This document shows positions 1 to 7,843 of a DNA stretch of 64,000 nucleotides, one piece after another. The notes under the pieces are model-generated. The model had not been told where the DNA came from and did no database searches. It saw only the letters and a program-made list of their open reading frames with translations. The stretch lies in contig JBFLZG010000132.1 of assembly GCA_040756235.1 (NCBI GenBank), positions 1-64,000 on the forward strand. Reading direction: 5' to 3'. Position numbers and translations under genes: made by a program. This stretch comes from a bacterium. GTDB taxonomy: Bacteria; Desulfobacterota; DSWW01. Each line of letters begins with the position of its first letter. Positions within the stretch are counted from its first letter, which is position 1.

Positions 1-24
1 CTCTCCCCCGTGCTCGGGGGAGAG
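1..24. terminator. GC-rich hairpin downstream of the DUF1329 gene (terminator or REP-like)
   Basis: CTCTCCCCCG-TGCT-CGGGGGAGAG, perfect 10-bp stem, 30 nt past the stop; window edge hides any U-tract. Confidence 0.45.
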
Positions 25-54
25 GGGATTCATCTCCTCCCACCATTCCGCCTC

Positions 55-1494
55 TCACTTCGACCGGAACATGTTCCTCAGGTCAAACTCGTCCCGGCTC
101 ATCCAGGTGGCCGGGAAGGAAGGGGCGAACGTCAGGGTGCTGTGGACGTCGATCCAGTCCGCCGAAACGTTCAAGATCGAGTTGAAGATCCCCATCGGCA
201 CGACCTCGCCCCACAGGTTCTCGAAGGTACGATAGTAGCGCCCCTTCTTGTCGTAGCACTCGAACAGGAGAGGCATGAGGGTCTCTTTGTCGAAATAGAT
301 GACCCGTTTGCTGTACAGATAGTTCGGGTCCCTCTGGTGCATTTCCACCACCCACACCGGCCGGCGTTCGAACCTCAAGCCCTTCCACTTGAAGCTGTCC
401 TTGCTGTCGAAATATTCCGAGGCGTCGGTCGTATAGGCCGGAACTAGGAACTCGCGGTCGTCGATCACCTTGTAGTCGTAAGGGTAGATGTCCGGGCTCA
501 ACTGCTGCGTGAACCCGTCGGCATCGTCGAAGGAGATGTCCTGACCCACGGCCTGGTCCTGGCGGTCGCTGCTCGAGAGCTTGCGCACCCTTCGCAGGAG
601 GTTCACGTAAGCCAGAAAGTTTGTCTCTTTCTTCGGGTCCGCGTATCCGATGGCGCTGTAGACGTTTCCGTAGAGGTCCTTGGGCGAGAAGATGGTGTAA
701 ACGGTCAGCACCATCTCCCGCTGCGTCTTGGCCCGCTCGTCGTACCAGCCGAACGGCGGGAGCATGACCCGCCCCTCGAGCCTGAGCCAGTAATAGTCTG
801 CCACCCCCTCATGGTCGACCCTGAACTTGCTGTTGATCCCGACCGTCAGGTCGTAGTTGCGGGCGTTCTCGTGGTCCTTCCTGCGTTTCTCCCAGTTATA
901 GAGGAGCTGGATCCCCATGTGGTCTCCCGAAGGCCTCGGGAACGGGAACCCCCCCTCGAAGGTGCCGAACACGATGTAGCCGTTCTCGTCCTGCTGGGTC
1001 TTGCCCATGTTCTTCAGCGTGGCCTCGGCCACCGGCAGGGCGTGATACCACTGCTGCGTCGGCACGACTTCGAGCTCCGTAAAGTAACCCATGTGGTTGG
1101 GCAGCCCGTCCGCGCCGGGCTGGTTGAACTTCTTGTAGTGATAGGCAGTCATGAGCTTGTCGAAAGGGAACTTCGTCTTGTCACTGAGCGTGTATCTGCC
1201 GGGCTTGATCTCGGGCGCGATCTTCCCCACCACGTCCGGAGCCTTGAAGCCGACCGCTTTTTCCCATGCGGCCTTCATGGCCTCCGGGTCATAGGTGATC
1301 TGGCTCCAGACGTCGTCCGGAATCCACTGTTTGTAGAAGTTGCTCTTGGTGTAAAAGGGGGAAGGATCGTCCGTGAGGTTCTTGACCTTGAGGATCTCGT
1401 TGGCCGGAGGGTTGTACCTGTCGGCCGACCAGGAAGACTGCGAGATCACCATCTGCGCCGCACAAAGCAGCCCGACGAAAAGCACTCTTCTCAT
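55..1494 (-). CDS. DUF1329-family periplasmic protein (lipoprotein-sorting/LolA-like fold)
   Basis: Signal peptide; GGFPFPRP, LRRVRKL, YSKRVIYFDKET and YDKKG motifs; GGAG RBS; typical context with DUF1302/RND/YCF48. Confidence 0.85.
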   Translation of the reverse strand: MRRVLFVGLLCAAQMVISQSSWSADRYNPPANEILKVKNLTDDPSPFYTKSNFYKQWIPDDVWSQITYDPEAMKAAWEKAVGFKAPDVVGKIAPEIKPGRYTLSDKTKFPFDKLMTAYHYKKFNQPGADGLPNHMGYFTELEVVPTQQWYHALPVAEATLKNMGKTQQDENGYIVFGTFEGGFPFPRPSGDHMGIQLLYNWEKRRKDHENARNYDLTVGINSKFRVDHEGVADYYWLRLEGRVMLPPFGWYDERAKTQREMVLTVYTIFSPKDLYGNVYSAIGYADPKKETNFLAYVNLLRRVRKLSSSDRQDQAVGQDISFDDADGFTQQLSPDIYPYDYKVIDDREFLVPAYTTDASEYFDSKDSFKWKGLRFERRPVWVVEMHQRDPNYLYSKRVIYFDKETLMPLLFECYDKKGRYYRTFENLWGEVVPMGIFNSILNVSADWIDVHSTLTFAPSFPATWMSRDEFDLRNMFRSK

Positions 1495-1567
1495 CTTCTC
1501 CTCCTTGGAGTTTAACTGGGGAGATCTCTTTCCATCCGGTTGCAGGGGTCGTGGCGTCCGGGGACGA

Positions 1568-3145
1568 TCAACCCCAGCTGTACTTGATCTTGGCAGCGAT
1601 GTAGTCCTTGTTGCGGAACAGCCAGAAACCGGTGTTTTCCTCTTCGCCCATGAACAGGGCGCCCTCCAGCTTGAAATTCCACTCGCGCGAATACGAGTAG
1701 CTGAGAGAAGGAAGGACCAGGTGGGCCTCCCGGTTGATATCGAACGCCCAGGCGACCTGGGGAATGAGCTTGCCGTTGATATAGGAGGTCGAAAGGACGC
1801 AGCTCACGGTATAGTAGTCCTGGTCCGGCAGGTCCCAGAGCTTGAAATCGTCAGGGTAGTCCAGGATGCGGTTGAAGAAGAACTGCGGCATGATGGTGAA
1901 GTAGGCACGCGGGTTCAGACTGTAGATCTTGGCTTTCCAGTCCAGCCCGATTCCGGTGTCGAGGAAGTCGGACTCCCAGTACATGACTTCCAGCTCGTCC
2001 TTGAACGTCTTGTCGAGCTGATACTTGACCTCTAAGCGGAGCAAGGGGGTCACACCGCCCAGCGCGCTGATCCGCAGGAACGGGAGATCCGAGGTCCAGG
2101 TTGCGCCCACGTACTTCTGGCGCGGGAAGAAACCGTCATAGATGGGATAGATGATGGAGGTCCCGTCGGGGGCGGTGCCGAAGCCCGGGACCGACTGTCC
2201 GAGCAGCTCGCTCAGCACCGGATTCTCGACAAAGCCCGTCATGAGCTCGACCGGGGCGTTCTCCCGCCCGTAGAAGCCGTTCAGGGTGAGCACGTTGCCG
2301 CCGATCATGAGACTCATCCGGACGCCGTACTCGAATCCCTTCGTCGACCAGCTCTCGGGCCTGTCCAGATTCTCGGTGAGGGGGCCGACGTACATCTTGG
2401 GCGTGCCGATGCTCAGAATGGGAAAATTCGGGTCGAAAGCCGGGTTGTCGTAGAGGTACGCGGCGGACCAGATGCCTCCCCGCTCGTTTCCGGTGGTCAG
2501 GGCCTGGTCCGGGATCCACTCCGCATTGGGGTTGAAGATGAGCTGGAACCCCAGCTGCTCCATCCAGCCCACGTCCAGCTGCGGCCACCACTCGGTGCGC
2601 AGCAGCCAGATCGGAATGATCGTCGATTCGAACTCCACGTCGGAGAACCCGCGGCGCTGATCCAGGGGGTTGATCTGGTCCATGATGCGGAAGAAATCCA
2701 TCTCGCCCCAGGAGACGATCTGCTTGCCGACCCGGAAGTAGAACCTGCCCGGCGTCCAGGTGAAGTGCGCCTCCTTGAGGAGCTGCCAGTCCTTGTCGTC
2801 CACGAACAGGGAGTCCCTGGACTTCCAGAAGTTCTTCTCAGTCCAGGTCTCGTCTTCGTCCTTGATCTCATAGATCCAGTCCACGGCAAACAGGCCGGAG
2901 ACATACAACGTGAGATCGTGCCGGGGCCGGTAGTCCGCTTCGGCGAACAGGGTCGTGAGCGCCTGCTGGAGCCCCCGCTCCGTATCGTAGTGGTCCCCCG
3001 TGAGGCCGACCTGGAGCGTCTGGGCCGCGTAGGCGCCGAGGTTGAGGGGCTCTCCCCAGAGCGTGAACTGCTTCGCCAGGGCTCGAGGAGCGGATGACAT
3101 GACCATGAGAAACGCAAGCGAGCTCCAACAGAAAAAGCGCTTCAT
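1568..3145 (-). CDS. DUF1302-family outer-membrane beta-barrel protein
   Basis: Start reassigned to MKRFFCWS (signal peptide, G-rich RBS); RVGKQIVSWG..D.INP.D motif; C-terminal aromatic strand KIKYSW. Confidence 0.8.
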   Translation of the reverse strand: MKRFFCWSSLAFLMVMSSAPRALAKQFTLWGEPLNLGAYAAQTLQVGLTGDHYDTERGLQQALTTLFAEADYRPRHDLTLYVSGLFAVDWIYEIKDEDETWTEKNFWKSRDSLFVDDKDWQLLKEAHFTWTPGRFYFRVGKQIVSWGEMDFFRIMDQINPLDQRRGFSDVEFESTIIPIWLLRTEWWPQLDVGWMEQLGFQLIFNPNAEWIPDQALTTGNERGGIWSAAYLYDNPAFDPNFPILSIGTPKMYVGPLTENLDRPESWSTKGFEYGVRMSLMIGGNVLTLNGFYGRENAPVELMTGFVENPVLSELLGQSVPGFGTAPDGTSIIYPIYDGFFPRQKYVGATWTSDLPFLRISALGGVTPLLRLEVKYQLDKTFKDELEVMYWESDFLDTGIGLDWKAKIYSLNPRAYFTIMPQFFFNRILDYPDDFKLWDLPDQDYYTVSCVLSTSYINGKLIPQVAWAFDINREAHLVLPSLSYSYSREWNFKLEGALFMGEEENTGFWLFRNKDYIAAKIKYSWG

Positions 3146-3194
3146 GATGTCCCCCCCTTGAATGTGGAAAGCATGCAGCCGCTTCCCGACGCCA

Positions 3195-5612
3195 CTACGC
3201 CGCCACCGAAACGTTGGCTCTCTCGGCAGCGCTTCCTCTCTGGATGAAGCGGGGCCGGATGGTGTAGAGCATGAGCGGGTGGAGCGTGATGGCAAAGATC
3301 ACGTTGGCCGTGAGAATCATGGCCAGGAACAGGCCCACCTGGGCCTGGAACTTCATGTCCGAGATGAAGTACCAGACCGAGATCGGCAGGACGACGGTCA
3401 GACCGGTCAGGATCACGGCCTTGCCGGAGGTGCGCACGGCCCGCGTGATCACCTCCTTCCAGAGATCCCCCTGCTGGCCTTCCGTGCGCCGGCCCAGCAG
3501 AGTGAACTCCTCTCTGCATCGGTTGTAAATGTAGATCGCGAAGTCCACGCCCACGCCCACCCCGACCGCCGCCACCGGGAGCGTATTGATGGTCAGCCCG
3601 ATCCCGGCCACGGCCATGTACCCGTAAGCGATCATGTTCGCCAGGATCAGGGGCACGGTGAACATGCACGCGCCCACGAGAGAGCGGTAGAAGAGCAGGC
3701 AGAGCAGGAAGATGGCCACGAGCACCATGGCGTCCACCTGCAGGTGGGTGCGCTTCATCTCCTCGTTGGTCGCCATTTCCATGCCGATCCGGCCGCCGGC
3801 CAGGTTGAATTGCCCTTGCTCCAGCTTCATCGGGTACTGCGTGAAGAACTCGTTGGCCGCGCGGTGGATCCTCACGAGGTTGTCCGAGGTGTGATCGGAG
3901 AAGTACAAGGTGATCTGGGCCTTGCTCATGTCGTGATCGACGTAGCGGCTCATGGTGTAGACGTCGACCTGGTCCCGGGTCCAGCCGACCAGGTTCGTGA
4001 TCTTGTCGGGCTGATAGGGCAGCTCCCGCCACAGCACGTCCCCGTCGTGGAGAATGAAATGGATCGTCTTCATCATGCCGATGATCGAGTCCGAGGACTT
4101 GTAGATGTCCGGGAGCCTGGCTTTCATGTGCCGGTCGAAGGCCTCGAAGGTGTTCAGAACGGCCGGGTCGTACACCGAGTCTTTCTCTCCGCCGTAGTAC
4201 AGGGTGAAGTCCTCGGAGGAGACGTCGAAGGTGCGGTCCACCATGGCCTGGTCCTGGTTGTACTTGTGGTCAGGCCAGAGAAGGGGCGATCCCGGGCTCG
4301 GGTCGCCGATCTTGAGCCGGGGGCCGGCGTAGAAGAAGAAACCGATCAGGCCGGCCGTGGCGACCGCGATGGCGGTCCTGCCCCTGCCCATGGAGAAGCC
4401 GCTCGCGCCCACGCAGAGCCGGTCGAGCCAGCTCATCCGGGCGCTCTTGCGCACCCAGCTTTCGCTGGCCCTGGCCAGGGGCATGTAGCTGCACAGGATC
4501 GGGGTGAAGATGCCGCACAGGGCAATCGTGAGCATCCAGACGGTCATGAAGATCGCCACGTACTGCATGAGGGCGATCTTGACGAGGATCAGCACGAGAA
4601 AGCCGGCCGCCTCGGTGCTCACGGCCGCCCAGTTCGGGATGATCATGCTGTGCATCGTATCGAAGCAGGCCCCGACCCGGTCCCGCTTCTCCACATAGAG
4701 CTCCATGTAGCGGTGCGTGATCTGCACCGAGTGGCTCACCATCCGGGCGATGACGAGAAAAGCGAGCACGTAGAGGAGCGGGCTGAAGTTGATGCCGGTC
4801 CAGCCGATGAACCCCAGCCCGATGGCGGTGCTCACGAGGCCGAAGCTCAGGGGCACGACCATGCCCATGAGATTCTGGAACGAGAGGAACAGGACGAGCA
4901 CGATCAGCGCGACGCTCACGGCCATGACCAGGATGATTTGGGCCTTGTACGTGTAGATCCATCCCATCATGACCGGAAATCCCACCAGGCTGATCTCGGT
5001 GTCCGCATCCGTGTACTGCCGGTCGAGCTTCTTCAGGAGCTCGAAGGCCTGCTCGTAGGAGATGTGCTCCTTGAACTGGGTCATGATCATCGCGGCGGTG
5101 CCGTCGCGCGAAGCCAGAACGCCCCTCAGGTTCGGGTCCGAGAAGACGTCCCTCTTGACCTTGAGCACGCCTTCTTCGGTTTCCGGTACGCTGGGCCACA
5201 TGAGCGGCTGCACCTTGATCTCGCCGGCGGCCACCGGCTTGACCACCTTGGCCGAGCGGCTGGCGACCGAAATGGTGAGGATCCGGTACACCTCCTCCCA
5301 CATGGAGACTTCCTGGTCGATGGCCTGGATCTTGGCCAGGACGCTTTGCTTGAAGATGTCGCCGTCCTTGGCCCGGAGGGCGATGGCGACGAAGGAGCCG
5401 CCGCTGCCGAAGACCTCGGAAAAGTCGATCATGATCTTCAGGTACGGGTGGGCGTACGGGACGAGCTCCTCGATGAGGACTTCCCCCTTGATCCTCGTGA
5501 TACCGTACCCGAAGGCCAGCGCCACGATCAGGATGGTCGCCAGCACGGCCTTGCGGTGGGAGGTGCAGAACCAGTTGAACCGGTCCATCCAGGAGCGTCT
5601 GTGGTCGGTCAT
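3195..5612 (-). CDS. RND/MMPL-family transporter
   Basis: 805 aa, two repeats of TM + large periplasmic loop + several TMs; GVGVGVDFAIY motif. Confidence 0.9.
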   Translation of the reverse strand: MTDHRRSWMDRFNWFCTSHRKAVLATILIVALAFGYGITRIKGEVLIEELVPYAHPYLKIMIDFSEVFGSGGSFVAIALRAKDGDIFKQSVLAKIQAIDQEVSMWEEVYRILTISVASRSAKVVKPVAAGEIKVQPLMWPSVPETEEGVLKVKRDVFSDPNLRGVLASRDGTAAMIMTQFKEHISYEQAFELLKKLDRQYTDADTEISLVGFPVMMGWIYTYKAQIILVMAVSVALIVLVLFLSFQNLMGMVVPLSFGLVSTAIGLGFIGWTGINFSPLLYVLAFLVIARMVSHSVQITHRYMELYVEKRDRVGACFDTMHSMIIPNWAAVSTEAAGFLVLILVKIALMQYVAIFMTVWMLTIALCGIFTPILCSYMPLARASESWVRKSARMSWLDRLCVGASGFSMGRGRTAIAVATAGLIGFFFYAGPRLKIGDPSPGSPLLWPDHKYNQDQAMVDRTFDVSSEDFTLYYGGEKDSVYDPAVLNTFEAFDRHMKARLPDIYKSSDSIIGMMKTIHFILHDGDVLWRELPYQPDKITNLVGWTRDQVDVYTMSRYVDHDMSKAQITLYFSDHTSDNLVRIHRAANEFFTQYPMKLEQGQFNLAGGRIGMEMATNEEMKRTHLQVDAMVLVAIFLLCLLFYRSLVGACMFTVPLILANMIAYGYMAVAGIGLTINTLPVAAVGVGVGVDFAIYIYNRCREEFTLLGRRTEGQQGDLWKEVITRAVRTSGKAVILTGLTVVLPISVWYFISDMKFQAQVGLFLAMILTANVIFAITLHPLMLYTIRPRFIQRGSAAERANVSVAA

Positions 5613-5628
5613 CTTCGCAACCTCCCTC

Positions 5629-6645
5629 TCAATAGCGGACTCTCTGCCAGACCGGGCTTCCGGCAGGGCTCACGTGAATCGCTCCCTCCTCGCCGCAGGC
5701 GGCAAATCCGCCTGCGCCCGCGGGGGAGATCGCGTAGATCCAGTTGTACTCGACCGACGGGAGAAACTCGGCGGGCCGCCAGGTCTTTGCCCTGTCGCCG
5801 GAAACCAGGCAGACGCCCTTGCCCCCGATCACGATCACCCCGCCCGGACCGGACCGGATACAGTAGATCGGGACGGGCGGCGCTCCGGCATCGACCCGGT
5901 TCCAGGTATGGCCTCCGTCCGCCGTCTGCTTGACGATCCCCTGAATGCCCACGGCCAAGGCGGTCCGAGGATCCAGGGCAGCCACGTCGAACAGGAAGTC
6001 GTCTCCTTTCATGTCCCCGGTATCGGGATCGATGGTGAAGAAGCCGGCCTGCTTCTCCCAGTGATCGCCGCCGTCCTGCGTCCGGTACGTATAGCCGAAC
6101 TCGCCCACGGCCCACCCATGAAGGTCATCGCAGAACGAGACGCCTTTTAAAATATAGTCTTCGTCCTGAAACTTGACGGTCCAGGTCTGGCCGCCATCCT
6201 CGGTTCCCAGAATGTGCGTCCGCTCGGAAACGATGAAGCCCTTCAAGGGATTCAGGAAGAGGACGTCCATGTGGTAGAGCTCGACCGGGCTCTGCTGGGC
6301 CTCCCACTTCTGCCCCCCGTCGCTGGTGTGCAGGATCGTCCCCTTGTTGCCGACCGCCCACCCGTTCTTCGCATCCGTGAACCAGATCGATGAGAGCGTG
6401 AAGGTCGTGCCGCTCGACTGCCTCACCCAGCTGGCTCCCCCGTCCGAGGTGTGCAGGATCGCTCCGAAGCGTCCGCACGCCCAGCCGTCCTTCTCCGTGG
6501 GGAAGGTCAGGGAGAAGAGGTCGTCATGGACGGGGAACTCGGAATCCGCCCACGACCACCTGCATAGAAAGGTAGCCAGGATGAGGGGGAGAAGAAGGAT
6601 CCGGACCGGCACTGGACCTCTTGCAACCATCGCAGCCTCCGTCAT
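5629..6645 (-). CDS. YCF48-like BNR/Asp-box beta-propeller protein
   Basis: Repeated GWAVG..G.ILHTSDGG..W units; N-terminal hydrophobic signal; start uncertain. Confidence 0.85.
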   Translation of the reverse strand: MTEAAMVARGPVPVRILLLPLILATFLCRWSWADSEFPVHDDLFSLTFPTEKDGWACGRFGAILHTSDGGASWVRQSSGTTFTLSSIWFTDAKNGWAVGNKGTILHTSDGGQKWEAQQSPVELYHMDVLFLNPLKGFIVSERTHILGTEDGGQTWTVKFQDEDYILKGVSFCDDLHGWAVGEFGYTYRTQDGGDHWEKQAGFFTIDPDTGDMKGDDFLFDVAALDPRTALAVGIQGIVKQTADGGHTWNRVDAGAPPVPIYCIRSGPGGVIVIGGKGVCLVSGDRAKTWRPAEFLPSVEYNWIYAISPAGAGGFAACGEEGAIHVSPAGSPVWQRVRY

Positions 6646-6855
6646 GGGACCCCTGCCCGGAAACGGATCAGGAGAGGATGGGGAATCGTTCGAGCACCTG
6701 CAAGAAGGAGAATGAAGCTGTCGGGGTTCGCCGGAGGCGGGCTCCAAAGGGCAAGATCACGTCTCGAGACATGACGCTTGGCAGAGTGAATTGGATCTTC
6801 CATGCGCGGCGTTCGGCCCGTGGAGTTCAGCTGTCTTCCCTATATGATACTGGGT

Positions 6856-7788
6856 TCAATCCGCTCTCGGATGAATCCCTGCCTCCCGGAAGATCGCATG
6901 GCAGCGCGCGATCTCTTCTCTCGTCTGGAAGCGCTCCCCGTCCGTCCCGCAACGATAGGAGCAGGGGACGCCCAGGCTCCGACCCTTCTCGCGCCAGAGG
7001 GGATTGTAGGGCAGAAGGGCGATCTCTGCAATAGCGTTCTTCCTCAGCAAATCGGCGATGGCCAGCAGGTTGGTTTCGGTATCGGTGATCCGGGGCACCA
7101 GGGGAACGCGCGTCAGGACGGGACATCCCTCCCCCTTGGAGAGGCTCACCAGGCGGGCCCAATTCGACAAGATCCCCTCGTTCGATCTGCCGCAAAACCG
7201 CCGGTGCCCACGATCATCCACGATCTTGAGATCAAAGTAAATCCGGTCGAGAAAGGGCAGGAGCTCCTGCTCGAACCGGCGGTACTCGAAATGCCCGCAA
7301 GTCTCCAGGAGCGTGGGGATGCCCGCCTGCTTGAGCTCTCGCAGGAGCCGGGAAGCGTGTTCCATGAACATCGTGGGCTCGCCTCCGCTCAGGGTCACGC
7401 CGCCTCCGGAGATGTCGAAGAACGGTTTGTCCTGAAGCAGCCTTTGCACGAGATCGCTCACCTCCAGCGGCTCACCCACCTTGCGCAGCGCGCCCGCAGG
7501 GCACAGGGCGGCACAGGCGAAGCAGAGGGTGCAGGCCCTCCGGTCGACGAAGTCGGGACGGTGTCGGGAGAGCGCGCGCTCGGTGCAGGTGGTGACGCAG
7601 GTGTCGCACCCGATGCAGAGCTGGGGGTCGTAGGCCAGCTCCGCTCCCGGCTTCTGCCCTTCGGGGTTGTGGCACCAGACACAGGAGAGCGGGCACCCTT
7701 TGAAGAAGACGACGGTCCGGATTCCCGGGCCGTCGTCCAGGGAGTTCCCTTTGACCTCGAACAGCAGGGGGCGTTTTGGCTCGGACAT
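6856..7788 (-). CDS. Glycyl-radical enzyme activating enzyme (radical SAM) with ferredoxin-like insert
   Basis: DGPGIRTVVFFKGCPLSCVWCHNPE (CxxxCxxC); two CxxCxxCxxxC motifs; GGVTLSGGEP. Confidence 0.95.
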   Translation of the reverse strand: MSEPKRPLLFEVKGNSLDDGPGIRTVVFFKGCPLSCVWCHNPEGQKPGAELAYDPQLCIGCDTCVTTCTERALSRHRPDFVDRRACTLCFACAALCPAGALRKVGEPLEVSDLVQRLLQDKPFFDISGGGVTLSGGEPTMFMEHASRLLRELKQAGIPTLLETCGHFEYRRFEQELLPFLDRIYFDLKIVDDRGHRRFCGRSNEGILSNWARLVSLSKGEGCPVLTRVPLVPRITDTETNLLAIADLLRKNAIAEIALLPYNPLWREKGRSLGVPCSYRCGTDGERFQTREEIARCHAIFREAGIHPRAD

Positions 7789-7843
7789 GGATGCGTGCAG
7801 GGAAACCGTTCAGACGGGGACTTTCTCTTGGGACGCGCGCTGC

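Noticed and set aside
3162..5933. Long antisense ORFs (923 aa here; also 13412-15715, 17534-19312, 41146-43038, 57162-58859)
   Set aside because: Shadow frames of high-GC3 genes with no recognisable motifs
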